From: Mustelus asterias
Taxonomy: Eukaryota
DNA length: 44,769 nucleotides
Direction of reading: 5' to 3'
Assembly: GCF_964213995.1 (NCBI RefSeq)
Contig: NW_027590623.1
Location: forward strand, 186,001 to 230,769
This document shows positions 20,831-34,800 of this stretch, in pieces (positions within the stretch are counted from its first letter, which is position 1; each line of letters opens with the position of its first letter). Both the position numbers and the translations under genes were made by a program. The notes under the pieces were generated by a model. It saw only the letters and a program-made list of their open reading frames with translations, searched no databases and was not told the origin of the DNA.

Positions 20831-22046
20831 TGGGGCTTTGGCAAGACAGTGACAAAGTTTCAGAGAGAGAGTGAAAGATAGAGAGAATGAGAGAAAAGGG
20901 AGAAAGATGCTGCCATTTTGAGAGGCTGAGGTATAAAGGATGGGGAGAGACAGGGATTGGAAAGATGTGGAGAAACAGTTCTGAGGATGGGGGAGTTGCA
21001 CAGACAGAGCTTCAGGGAGAGGGATTGAAATCTGTGGGATTACATTGGAGCAGGGATCACTGGGAATACCCCCTCCCCCTGACACACAGACCACTAACCC
21101 TCCGTGTAAAAGCCCCACCAGTCTATCTGTGAATAAAAATGAACGACCAAGACACGGGGACTTTTATTAATATTTTTCTCTCTGGTTATAGCTCTTGTCC
21201 GAGGATTCCTCACGGCAAAACTATTCGCTCTCTGCATCGCCAAAGTTTCCAAAGGAATTCTCCTTGGAAGAGAGAAAGAGAAAATAAAGTGAAATTTGAT
21301 TAAACACAAAACAAAAGCTGATTATAAACAATAAAAGGCACAGCAAGATCCCAGGACTTGCTGAAATTCACAATCTCACTGGGGGAGGTGGGGGAAACAT
21401 TCATTTTCACCTCCTCATTATTAAACCCTGACAAAATGGGAACACGTTTCAAATGCAATGAACTTCCAACTGCCTCCTGACTGTCCCGATATTGAATTTA
21501 TTAAACACATCAAAGCATTCTGGGGGCTTTACTCCAGAGACAGGCCAGTGAAAAAACACAGGAGGCCCCAATGAAGTTCCCACTTCTATCAGTCACCTCT
21601 CTCCCCTCACTCTGTTTCTCCCTCTCCGTCTCTTACACACTTCCCCCCAGATCTCTATCTGTCCAATACCCCGTCTCTGCTCCTGTCTCTGGATAACCTG
21701 TCCTGATCTCTGCTCTGTTTCTCTATCTCGAGGCGAATCTGGATTGAAATGCTCTCTCTAAGTTTCTGTCTGACCGTTTAAAATAAAACTCACAATCAAA
21801 AGGGAAATGAGAAGGGGGCGGGAGCTGGAAAATCCACAATCCCACCCTGAAGCGGCTGCTTCACATTTTATTGAACCATTGAATTCAGCCACTTAAACCC
21901 TGTTGGGGAATTAAGCGAATGCAAAAGTGCTGCTGAGATTTAGGCCGTGAAGTGAGGCCTAGTCACAGAGGCTGCATTATTCCTCCGGTAGAAAGAACAA
22001 ACCCCCCTCTCTCCCACCCCCCAGTTAAACAGAACAATCTTCTCCA

Positions 22047-23180
22047 TCCACACCCACAAATCCCAGCGCCCTGTCTAAAAACACAAGCAGGACTCTGGGA
22101 TTGAGAACAAGCCTTTCCCCCAGGCTCAGGAATTTGAATTTCAGCTCCCTCTCCCTCCCGAGTGCTTCACAGTGAGAGAGAGAGAGACTGGGAATGCTGC
22201 AATCAGGATCCCACAGGGAGTCCCACACTGCAGGAGGACACCCCCCCCACCCCCAGAGCCTCTGTCTCTATCCCCCTACCCCCCCTCCACTGAGCCCCCC
22301 CACACTCCCCACCCATTCTCTGTTCCTCTCTCTCTACCCCACCCTCCTTCCTCTCCATCTTTTCATGTTTAAAGTGTGGGGCGCTGTCACAGTGCAGGGA
22401 ATATGGGGCGGGGAGGAGGGCACAGCAAGATCCCACACACAGTCTGAGCAGGGCTAGATACAAAGTGATTTTTAAGTGAGGATTGGGCTAAAGTGAGTGG
22501 GCAATGAGGGAACCACACTTCTCCCTCTCTCTCCCTCGCTCCCCCCCTCCATCTCTTCCCCCACCCCAAATAAAAATAATGACAAGTCACTCCAGGATTG
22601 GGGCTGTTTGTACATTCAATATGAACAGGGAACCTTCCACTTCGAGCACAGTCACACCTCTCTCTCCCATTCCCTCTGTCTCTCGCTGTTTCTTTCTCTC
22701 TGCCTGTTTCTCTGCCTCTATCTCTGAACCTGTCCAGCCCCCTCTGTGTCTCTTTTGCTTTCCCCCCAGATCTATATATATCCAAACCCCATCTCTGCCC
22801 CGGTCTCTCCTACTCTGGATAATCTGTCCTGATCTCTGCTCTGTTTCCCCGTCTGGGGATGAATGGGGATTAAAATGCTCTCTCTGATAAGTTTCTGTCT
22901 GACCGTTTCAAATAATGACGTGTTGTGGGCCACGTTTGCTATTTCTCAGTGATTTCCATGGGGAAATGGGGAGGGAAGCTCCTCCTGCAAAGCCACATCT
23001 CTCTCTCACTGCAATGTGGCAGCAGCCAGATTCCAATATCTTTATATTGGGAAAAAATCTTTTCAAACACAACAGCACAGATTCAGCCTCAGTCACACAG
23101 CCGCTGGTTACAAATCCCACCTTCTGGGAGGCTGTGAGTGAGGGTCTTTTCCCCAGAGACTGGGGAGCTGGGCTGTGAGT
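22047..23180 (+). repeat. Segmental duplication unit A (second copy ~25468-26740; partial copy ~24808-25180)
   Basis: Long near-identical stretches, mirrored by duplicated ORFs in the track (e.g. SISEPVQPPLCLFCFPPRSIYIQTPSLPRS...). Confidence 0.9.
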
Positions 23181-23524
23181 GCAGAGCAGAGGACCCCCCC
23201 CCTAACCCACCCCGCCCCTCCAGTGTGTCTCCTCTCCCTGCCCCTCTGCCTTTGATCTCCCTCTGTTACCCTCCCTTTCTCTCTCCCTCCCTGATAACTC
23301 ACAATCAAAGGAGAAAGATGGGAGAGAGAGATACAGCAGGAAAACCCACAATCACATCCCCAATCCGATGGATTTAAGCGGCTGCTGCAGGTTTTATTCG
23401 GCTGCCTTTCTCTCTCTCTCTGTCTTTCTCTCCTTCCCCCCCTCCCTGTCTTTCTCTGTCTCTGTCTGTCTTTCCCTCCCTCCCTGTCTCTCTCTTTCTC
23501 TCTCTCTGTCTTTCCCTCCCTGAA

Positions 23525-24330
23525 ATTAAATCAAAAAAATTCACATTGGTGTTTTCCTTCACATTTGATTGAAAGGTGAAATATAGACAGGAATGTCTGG
23601 GGAGAGAGAGAGGGGAGGGGTGCAGAGATTGGGAAGAACGCTGGAGAGACAGAGACAGGGAAATTATGAACCCTCCATCCAAATAGAAATTCCTGGGAAA
23701 AGAGAGAGGAGAATCTGGAGTCACACAGCACAGAAACAGGCCCTTCGGCCCACCAGGTCTATGCTGGCCATCAAATCCCAATCTATACTCCCCCCATTCC
23801 CCAGCACTTGCTGCACAGCCTACGATGCCTCGCTAATTTAAGTGCTTTAATTTACCCGACCCCCGTTTCCACTTTCTTTCCTTTGAACCCACTTTGCGGT
23901 CCGTGAGCGAGATTTTGTTTAATAAAGTGTGGTCGCTGTTGCAGTGCGAGCAAAGGCCACAGGCCCAGTGTGTGCACAGCAAGATCCCACAACAGCAGCA
24001 GCAACAATGTGAACCTGAATCAGATGGGACACAGTCCTCCCCAACACACCCCCAACACTCTCGCCTGCTGTGAGCCCCCTTCCCCACTCACTACCCTGTG
24101 TGTGTGTGTGTCTGTGTGTGTATCTGTCTGTGTGTTTGTGTGTGTCTCATCCCAAATTTTCAGAAAGGGTTGAACTCCCTCTTAAAACGAAGCCAAACCC
24201 TTTTTAAAACACAATCTCTGTGGTGCTCTGGAAGATCCCAGAAGGTGCAGTTCGCTGTGTTGTGTGTTTTAATTTGGGAAATGTTTATACAGAGGGAGAG
24301 TGAGGCAGAGAGGGGCTGAGGCAGTGAAAT
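23525..24330 (+). repeat. Segmental duplication unit B (second copy ~29437-30220)
   Basis: AATTCACATTGGTGTTTTC...GAATCTGGAGTCACACAGCACAGAAACAGGCCCTTCGGCCCACCAG...GGGGCTGAG is shared between the copies. Confidence 0.88.
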
Positions 24331-26957
24331 CCACCCCCCCCCCTCGCCCCGGGACCCTCAGAATTGAATCATAACGTGTAGGGCCACACGGGGGCACAGT
24401 GGTTGGCGCTGCTGCCTCACAGCTCCAGGGACCCGGGTTCAATTCCCGGCTCGGGTCACTGTGATCCTGTGTCTCTTCCCCCACCCCCTCACTGCACCTC
24501 ACCCACTGCACCCCCACAAACCTCACCTCTTGCTTTCTTTTCCAGTTTTCCCCCTCTCTCTCTCCCACTCCCTCCATCTTTCTCTCTCACTCCCTGTCTG
24601 CCTTTCTCTCTCTCTCTCCGTCCATCTTTCTCTCTCTCCCACTCCCTCCATCTTTCTCTCTCTCTCCCTCACACTGTTTCTCTCTCTCTTTATCCCTGCC
24701 TGTCTCTCTCTCTCTCACTGTCTTTCCCCCTCTTTCTCTCTCTCTCTCTCTCTGTCTTTCCCTCTCTCTCTCTTTCTCCCTCCCTCCCTGTCTTTCTCTT
24801 TCTCTCTCAGAGACTGGGAATGCTGCAATCAGGATCCCACAGGGAGTCCCACACTGCAGGAGGACACCCCCCCACCCCCAGAGCCTCTGTCTCTGTCCCC
24901 CTACCCCCCTCCACTGAGCCCCCCCACACTCCCCACCCCTTCTCTGTTCCTCTCTCTACCCCACCCTCCTTCCCCTCCATCTTTTCATGTTTAAAATGTG
25001 GGGCGCCGTCACGGTGCGGGAAATATGAGGAGGGGAGGAGGGGGGACAGAGCATGAGGGCACAGCAAGATCCCACACACACAGTCTGAGCAGGGCCAGAT
25101 ACAAAGTGATTTTTAAATGAGGATTGGGGTAAAGTGAGTGGGAAATGAGGGAACCACACGTCTCCCTCTCTCTCCCTCCACACGAGAGACCCCCAGATCC
25201 TGTGTCTCTTCCCCCACCCCCTCACTGCACCCCCCACAAACCTCACCTCTTGCTGCCCTTTCCTGCTCTCCCTCACTCTCCCCTCTCTGTCTCTCTCTCC
25301 CTTTCTCTCTCTCCCCCCCTCTCTGTCTCTTTATCTCTGTCTCTCTGTAATATGGTTATGAAGCTGCATATATAAGGTTAAAGATGTGGTGTTTGAGAAA
25401 TGTAAATATTGAAAAGAAATGCTGAGAAAACCAAAACGAACCATCCAGCGTTGTGTCTTTAGAAAGCCACACCCACAGATCCCAGCGCCCTGTCTAAAAA
25501 CACAAGCAGGACTCTGGGATTGAGAACAAGCCTTTCCCCCAGGCTCAGGAATTTGAATTTCAGCTCCCTCTCCCTCCCGAGTGCTTCACAGTGAGAGAGA
25601 GAGAGAGAGACTGGGAATGCTGCAATCAGGATCCCACAGGGAGTCCCACACTGCAGGAGGACACCCCCCCCCCCCACCCCCAGAGCCTCTGTCTCTATCC
25701 CCCTACCCCCCTCCACTGAGCCCCCCCACACTCCCCACCCATTCTCTGTTCCTCTCTCTCTACCCCACCCGCCTTCCCCTCCATCTTTTCATGTTTAAAG
25801 CATGGGGCTCTGTCATAGTGTGAGGAATATGGGGCAGGGGGACAGAGCATGAGTGCACAGCAAGATCCCACACACAGCTTGAACAGGGCCAGATACAAAG
25901 TGATTTTGAAGTGAGGATTGGGGTGAAGTGAGTGGGAAATGAGGGAACCACACGTCTCCCTCTCTCTCCCCTCCATCTCTCCCCCACCCCAAATGAAAAT
26001 AATAAGTCACTCCAGCATTGGTGCTGTTAGTACATTCGATCTGAACTGGGAACCTTCCACTTCGAGCAGAGTCCCACCTCTCTCTGATTCCCTCTTTCTC
26101 TCGCTGTTTCTCTCTCCCTCTATCTCTGAACCTGTCCAGCCCCCTCTGTGTCTCTTTTGCTTTCCCCCCAGATCTATATATATCCAAACCCCATCTCTGC
26201 CCCGGTCTCTCCTACTCTGGATAATCTGTCCTGATCTCTGCTCTGTTTCTCCGTCTGGGGATGAATGGGGATTAAAATGCTCTCTCTGATAAGTTTCTGT
26301 CTGACCGTTTCAAATAATGACGTGTTGTGGGCCACGTTTGCTATTTCTCAGTGATTTCCATGGGGAAATGGGGAGGGAAGCTCCTCCTGCAAAGCCAGAT
26401 CTCTCTCTCACTGCAATGTGGCAGCAGCCAGATTCCAATATCTTTACAACACATCAAATATGAGGAAAATATATTTTCAAACACAACAGCACAGATTCAG
26501 CCTCAGTTACACAGTCGCTGTTTCTAAATCCCACCTTCTGGGAGGCTGTGAGTGAGGGTCTTTATCTCAGAGTAAAGTAAAAAGTAAAGTTTATTTCTTA
26601 GTCACAAGTAAGGCTTACATTAACACTGCAATGAAGTTACTGTGAAATTCTCCTAGTCGCCACACTCTGGCGCCTGTTAATGCACCAGAGTGGGTTAATG
26701 CACCGAACCAGAGACTGGGGAGCTGCTGGGCTGTGAGTGCACAGCGGAGGCTCCCCCCCCGCCCCCCTCTAACCCACTCCCCTCCAATCTCTCTCCTCTC
26801 CCTGCCCCTCTGCCTTTGCCCTCTCTCTCTCTCTCTCTGTTACCATCCCTTTCTCTCTCTCTCTCTCTCTCCCTCCCTGATAACTCACAATCACGGGAGA
26901 AAGATTGAAGAGAAAGAGATATAGCAGGAAAACCCACAATCACATCCCAAATCCAAT

Positions 26958-27412
26958 GAAAGGGTTGACCAGGATGTTGCCTGGTATGGAGGGTATTGGC
27001 TGTGAGGAGAGATTGAATAAACTGGGATTGTTCTCCCTGGAAAGACGGAGGCTGAGGGACGACCAGCTGGAAGTTTATAAAATTATGAGGGGTGTGGCGA
27101 GGATAAACAGTTGGGAGCTTTTTGCCAGGACAGAAATGATAATTACAAGGGGAACAAGTTCAAGATAAGGGGGAAAGGTTGAGTGGAGATGTGCGGGGAA
27201 GGTTTTTACACAGAGGGTGGTGGGGGCCTGGAATGCGCTGCCAAGTGAGGTGGTCGGGGCAGATACATTAGTGACATTTAAGACTTATCTGGATAGACAC
27301 ATGAACAAACGGGGTAGAGAGGGATACAGGCCATTGGTCTCGATAGGTAAACATGATCGGCGCAGGCTTGGAGGGCCAAAGGACCTGTTCCTGTGCTGTG
27401 CTGTTCTTTGTA
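26958..27412 (+). mobile_element. CR1-type LINE 3' fragment
   Basis: LTRMLPGMEGIGCEERLNKLGLFSLERRRLRDD...VYKIMRG; VVGAWNALPSEVV...FKTYLDRHM. Confidence 0.88.
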
Positions 27413-28679
27413 TTAAAGTGGCTGCTGCAGGTTTTATTCGACCGTCGAGTCCCATCGATTTAAACACAGGCACTGTTTGGAAAAGGAGCAAAATGCAAAA
27501 GCCTTCCTGAGGTTAGGCCTGGGATTGAGGCCTGGTCACAGAGGCTGCATTATACATCCTGGACAAAGAACAGGTTCCCCAGGCCCCGGGCAGTTCACCA
27601 GAACAATCCCCTCCAGCCCCGAAACCTCCCGGACAGGGCCTGGGAGGAGGGAGGGGGGAAAAGGGAACCAGTGCTTCCCCCACCCCCTGTCCCCTTCCAC
27701 CCTCCCCTCACACCACACGCAGCCCCCATTACAGAATCACAGAATCCTACAGTACAGAAGGAGGCCATTCGGCCCATCAGGTCTACACCAACCACATTCC
27801 CATCCAGGCCCCATCCTCATTACTCCATGTGACTCTTTCTCTCTCTCTGTCTCCCTGTCTCTCTCTCTCTTTGTGTGACTTTCTCTCTGTCTCTCCCGAT
27901 CTCTCTCTCCCTGTCTAATATTGTTATGAAGTTGCGTATATCAGGTTAAAAATGTGGTGTTTGACAAATGTAAATATTGAAAAGAAATGCTGAGAAAACC
28001 AAAACGAACCATCCAGCGTTGTGTCTTTAGAAAGCCTGTGTCTCTGTGCTGGGGATTTTAAACTGCAGAAAGCAGGCTGCAGAACACAACTTTACAACAT
28101 TTGTGTCCAAAGCAGCAGCCAGAGTCCCAGCAGAGCAAAACAGGCTTTGAACTGGACCAATGATTTTAAAACAAGCTCTCAAACGCACACAACCAATTGC
28201 ATTCAAATTGGGGCGTTGGTGACAGCCTCAAGCCACTCAAATTGCAGGAATACTGTGAGGAAATTCTGGGTATTTAAACCCGGGACAGGGGGAAATAACG
28301 GGGAGGGAGCGACCTTGCTGCCTCTTTAGATTGAAGGGGGGAGAGTCTGATACTGAATCCTGCAGTAATATATACAGCTTCATCACATCACCATCTAAAT
28401 AGAAGCAGAAACCAACTCAGAAAGTATTCCAGACCCAAGCAGCAGAAGAAAGTTCACACTTCCAACAGACGCCTGGTATTATATTATTCGAGGGTGACTC
28501 TATTCTGTAATGATTTATTTCATTATTCCTGAGTGAGTCTTGTCATTGGAACAGCATTCTATTGGGGAGTTTATTCAGTTTGTTCATTGTTTTAATAAGG
28601 TTGTCACCCAGTCTAAATTAAAGACCTGTTAGTTGTTCCTGATGGAGAGAGTGTCAGATCTTGCTTTAATTTACCAATT

Positions 28680-28852
28680 GCTCCCACAGTCCAAAGCTGT
28701 GCGGGTTGGGTGGATTGGCCGTGTTAAATTGACCCTAGTGTCAGGGGGATTAGCAGGTTAAAAGTGTGGGGTCATGGGAATAGGGCCTGATTGGGATTGT
28801 GGTCGGTACAGACTAGATGGGCCGAATGGCCTCCTTCTGCACTGTAGGGATT
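28680..28852 (+). mobile_element. HE1-type SINE 3' half
   Basis: CTCCCACAGTCCAAAG...GGCCGAATGGCCTCCTTCTGCACTGTAGGGATT. Confidence 0.8.
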
Positions 28853-31800
28853 GAATGTCTAAAACCAGTCGCTTCCTCCTGTCTCTCACACACTTATTTA
28901 AGATTACGAGGCGAGGTGTATCCCTTTAGGGGGTTACAAAATAGCGCAGAGGGAAACATCACCTCAGAGTGGTAACAATATTTATAATCCCACAATCACA
29001 CACCCACCCTCCCTTAGTCAATGAATGAATGATTCAAATGACAATGAAGGTAATTCTGCACAGCAAGATCCCACTGCCAGTCCCACAGTGGAGGAGGACA
29101 CCCCCAGACTCTGTGTCTCTTTCCCCCTGCCCCTCCTGAGACCCTCTCACACCTCCCCCACCCCCTCTCTGTTTAGCTCTCCCTCCATTTCTCTATCTCT
29201 CTCTCTGCCTCCTCCGCCTCCCCAACCCTTCTCCTTCCCCTCAATCTTTCCTGTTTAAAGTTCTGCTCACGGTCACAGTGCGAGGAATAGGGAGCCAGAC
29301 CCACCTGTGTGCACAGCAAGATCCCACACACACACAACCTGGTGAGGGCCAGATTAAATAAATGTTGTGGGTGAGGACTGCAGGAGAGTGTGTGGGAAAT
29401 GGGATCCACTCCTCTCTCTCTCTCTCTCTCTTCCCAAATTAAATTGACAACAATTCACATTGGTGTTTTCTTAAACATTTTAATGAAAGATGAAATATAG
29501 ACAGGAATGTCTGGGGAGAGAGAGAGGGGAGGGGAGGGGTGCTGGGATTGGTAAGAACACTGGAGAGACAGAGACAGGGAAATTCTATACCCCCCCCCCC
29601 CCCATCCAAATAGAAATTCCTGGGAAAAGAGAGAGAAAAGAATCTGGAGTCACACAGCACAGAAACAGGCCCTTCGGCCCACCAGCTCCATGCTGGCCAT
29701 CAAAACCCAATCTATCCTCCTCCCATTCCCCAGCACTTGCTCGAGAGCCTACGATGCCTCGGTGATTAAAGTGCTTGAATTTATCCGACCCCTTTTCAAG
29801 CTTTTTCCTTGAACCCACTTTGCGGTCCCTAAGCCAGATTTTGTTTGAAAAGAAAACGTGTGGGCGCTGTTGCAGTGCAGGCAAAGGCCACAGGCCCAGT
29901 GTGTGCACAGCAAGATCCCACAGCAGCAGCAATGTGAACCTGAATCAGATGGGACACCGTCCTCCCCCCACTCCTCCCCCACTCTCTTGCCTGCTGTGAG
30001 CCCCCTTCCCCACTCACTACCCTGTGTGTGTGTCTGCATCATCCCAAATCTCCAGAAAGGCCGGAACTCCCTCTTAAAAGTAACCCTTTTTAAAACTAAA
30101 ATCCCTGTGGTGCACAGCAAGATCCCACAAAGTGCAGTCAGCTGTGTTGAGCGTTTTTTAAATTTGGGAATTGTTTATACAGAGTGAGGGAGCCAGAGAG
30201 GGGCTGAGACAGTGAAATCCCTCTCTCAGGACCCTCAGAATTAAACTGGAGACCCTGTCCCTCACTGAAACCCCCCCTCCCTCTAACAGCCTGTGTCTCT
30301 CCCCCTGCATAGAATCCACAACTCCAGCTGTTTCCATCCCTCCCTCTTCCTCTCTCTCCCTGCCTCTCTGTCTCCATCTGTTTCTGCTCGAGAAGAGACA
30401 GGGAGAGAGAGAGACGGGGAGAGACAGAGATAAAGCGAGAGAGACAGATATTTGATAATTAATTGTGTATGGTCGCATGATTGAGTGTGGTTTAATTTGG
30501 TGATTTTTTTTATACAGAGAGGCAGAGAGAGAGGTGAAGACAGTGACATTCTCCCCCTGGCACCCTCGCAAGTTCAAAGACACAAAAGCTGCAGACACTC
30601 ACACACACAAACTGGGTTTGGTAAGTTTTCCAATCTCTGCAGCTTCCCATGTGGCCCAGGGTTTGAATTGAAATTTAAAAGCACCTTGGAGAGACTGCAG
30701 GATTTTTGAGTTGAGTTTCTCCCCCCGTCACCCTGTAAATATAAAATAGAAATTCCTGGATTAAAATATTCCCTTGGACAGAGCAGAGGGAATGTGTGAG
30801 TGGTGTGTGTGTCTGAGACCTGGGCTGGATTTGGGAATATCTGCCTGCTGAAGAGGGTCAGTGAAACCATCCTGGCTGAATATCTCATCGCTAAAGAGTC
30901 ACAGAGAGAGATATCTGATCAATAAATGTGTTACTGAACCCACTCTGGATGCTCCCTCTATCTCTGTCTTTCTCACTAACTTCATTGCAGTGTTAATGTA
31001 AGCCTTGTGACACTAAGAAATAAACTTTAAATCTTTCAACTTTAAAAACTCTCTCTTTCTGTCTCTCTCAGTAACTGCAGCGTTAATGTAAGCCTTACTT
31101 GTGACACGAATAAACAAACTTTAAATATCCTCTCTGTCTCTTTCTGTCTCTTTATCTATGTCTCTGTCTCTGTGTGTCTCTGTCTCTCTCAGTAACTTCA
31201 TTGCAGTGTTAATGTAAGCCTTACTTGTGACACTAATAATCAAACTTTAAAACTTTCAACTTTAAAACCTCTGTCTGTGTGTCTCTGTCTCAATTCAGAC
31301 ACTAGTTCAGTGCCAGGTTGAGAGGGGGTCAGTATTGAGCAGAGTGGGGGGCAGTTTGATACAAAGTTTGCAGAAACTACAGCGAGTGTTTGTAAACATG
31401 TTGGGGTTGTGGAAAGGTCAGTGTGTAACAAGCTGAGGGAAGGTGTTTCCACTTCACATGTGGCTACTTTTTGACAGAGTTACCTTTGCATCTACAGGGA
31501 GCTCTGAAGCCTCATGGCTTTCTGCCTGCCTCTGTTTGAACAGTTTAATATGTTTCAGCACTGAGACCTCTGGCCCTTGTTGGGAATATCAGTCTCCCAG
31601 AATACCAGTATACCTGACTGCCCACCTCCCCGCCCGCCAACCCCAGCCCCCAACCCTGTGTGTGTGTTGTCCCAAGTCTGGAGACTTCCCCACAGTCCCC
31701 TGAAAGGTTTAAACTGCCTCTGAGAAAACACCCCTTTTTAAAACAAAATCCCCAGCAAGATCCCACAAGGTGCAGTCAGCTGTGTTGAGTGTTTTGTAAT

Positions 31801-31889
31801 TTGGGAAAAGTTTATACAGAGAGAGAGAGAGAGGCAGAGAGGGGCTGAGACAGTGAAATCAAACCCCCCGGGACACCCAGAATGAAAAT

Positions 31890-34800
31890 TACACAGCACA
31901 AAATCCCAGGATTGCCCCTTTCCAGGTTTTACTGAGAGATTGTCCAACTAAATATTAATTCCTGGGAAAAAGAGGGAGAGAGAGAGATTAAAGAGAGGCA
32001 GATAGAGGAAGGAAATGGAGAGAAAAGCAGAGAGAAATAGACAGAATGGGGGAAAAGCTGTGGAGAGGATGAAATGAAAATCTGAACATCTGTTAACTGA
32101 ATTGTAAAGGCCTCTGTGAATTTTATTCAACAATTAGGTTCATTGCTCTGTCTCCGACCCCTGTTATTTTAGATTTAAAGCAAACTTATAGACAGTTTCA
32201 TACATAATTTAGTCTTTGCCACCCACCAAAGGGTTAACGTGTTCGTGACTAATTACAAAGCCGGGATATTTTAACCCCAGGGTTTCAAACTCCAGCCCCC
32301 CCTCCCCACAATCGAATCCGAGGAAGCAAGATTAAAATTAAACCTGGATCAGGATAATAAAGAGACAACAACTCACATGCGGCCTATAGAACAGGCTTCA
32401 GTCCATCCATCCTCCTCTGGAGAAAAGCCCCTTGTCCAAGGATTCCGAGTCCCGTTGCAGTCTTCAAAATTCAAATTCCTGGGGAGAAGAGAGAAAATAG
32501 TTAATTAAAATACAAGAAAATATTTAAATTAAATAGCACAAGAGCCCAGGATTCCCCTTCTCAGATTTTACTGAGAGATTGTCTAACTAGATATGAATTC
32601 TTGGGGAAAAGAGAGAGAAAATTAATTAAATACAAGAAACCATTGAAATTAAATCTCACCAAAACGCAGGATTCCCCCTTCTCAGTTACACAATCTCTCA
32701 GAAACATCAGAATGGCATGAACAGAGAGAGAGAAGTCTACAAACAGAATCTCCTAAAACTGAATTCAAATATCCACAACCCCCCAGTCCATCCCTGTCTC
32801 CCTCTCAGACTCCAGGAGCTGCTCATCTCCCTCTTTCAGTTTGGGAAGGGGCTGCTGATTCCTTCGGGACACTTTTTAAAATCGCCCTCCCGGGATTGAT
32901 TTCTACAACTCCCTCCATCTCCCTTTCACTATCTCCCTCTCTTTTCTCCCTCTGCTCCTGTCTCTCTCACTCAGTGTAAAGATGGATGTTCCTGTCTGGA
33001 TCCTTGTCCCTGTCCCCTCTCTTTCTCACTCGTTGTCTCTGTCCATAGCTGTTTCTTTCCCTCTCTCTCATGTACTCTGCATTGAAATGAGCGATGCCAT
33101 ATTCCTGTCTCCCTGTTTACAATAACACAGTTTTTGTTGATTAAAGGTTTAAAGAGACACAAAGGAAGATGGAGCCAGAGAGAGACATTCTGGAGAGTGA
33201 TAGACAGATATGGAAGAATGCTCGAGAGAGAGAGAGAGAGAGACATTCTGGAGAGTGATGGACAGATATGGAAGAATGCTCGAGAGAGGGAGAGAGAGAC
33301 ATTCTGGAGAGTGATGGACAGATATGGAAGAACGCTCGAGAGAGAGAGAGAGAGAGACATTCTGGAGAGTGATAGACAGATATGGAAGAATGCTCGAGAG
33401 GGAGAGAGAGACATTCTGGTGAGTGATGGACAGATATGGAAGAATGCTCGAGAGGGAGAGATGAATGGAAAGAAACAGGAAGGGAGAGAAAGCTGAAGAT
33501 AGGGGAAAAATACTGGAGAGAGAGAGAGAGAAAAGCAGAGCGAAATAGAATGGGGAAGAAAGCTGCAGAGGGGAAGATAAATGTAAAGGCTGAACTTCAG
33601 AAAATTGAATTGTAATGTCCTCTGTGAATCTTATTTAACATTCGGGTAAATCACTCTCTCCCACCCCTGTTATTTTGGATTTGCATCAAACTTTTAGACA
33701 GTTTCATATTACAGATATTTAATTTACTCTTTGCCACCCAGCAAAGGGTTAACCTGTTTGTGACGAATTGCAAAGCCGGGATATTTTAACCCCAGGGTTT
33801 CAAACTCCACCCCACCCCATCCCACAATCGAACCAGGATTGGTTCATCCGAGGAAGCGAGATTAAAATTAAACCTGGATCAGGGTAATAAAGAGACGACA
33901 ACTCACATGCGGCCTATAGAACAGGCTTCAGTCCATCCATCCTCCTCTGGAGAAAAGCCCCTTGTCCAAGGATTCTGAGTCACATTGCAGTCTTCAAAAT
34001 TCAAATTCCTGGGGAGAAGAGAAAATAATTAATTAAAATACAAGAAAATGTTTAGCACAAGAGCCCAGGATTCCCCCTTCTAAGATTTCACTGAGAGATT
34101 GTCCAACTAAATATTAATTCCTTGGGAAGAGATCGAATATAATTAATTTAAATACAAGAAAATGTTTAAATTTAATACACAAGAGCCCAGGATTCCCCTT
34201 TCTCAGTTACACAATCTCTCAGTAAAATCTAAATATTAATTCTTGGGTAAAAGAGAGAGAAATATATTAAAATACCAGAAAATGTTTAAATTAAATAGCA
34301 CAAGAGCCCAAGATTCCCCCTTCTCAGATTTTACTGAGAGATTGTCCAACAAAATATTATTTCCTGGGAAAAAGAGGGAGAGAGAGAGGGAATAAAAAAG
34401 AGAGACAGATAGAGGAAGGAAAGGGATGGAGAGAGAGAAAGCAGAGAGGAAATAGACAGAATGGGGGAAAAGCTGCAGAGAGGACGAAATGAAATTTTGA
34501 ACTTCTGAAAACTGAATTGTAAAGGCCTCTGTGAATTTTATTCAACAATTAGGAACAGCGGTCTGTCTCCCATCCCTGTTATCTTGGATTTAAAACAAAT
34601 TGAGACAGTTTCATATCACAGACATTTAATTAACTCTTTGCCACCCACCTAAGGGTTAATGTGTTTGTAACTAATTGCAAAGCCGGGATATTTTAACCCC
34701 AGGGTTTCAAACTCCAGCCCCCCCACCCCACAATCGAACCAGGACTGGTTCATCCGAGGAAGCGAGATTAAAATTAAACCTGGATCAGGGTAATAAAGAG

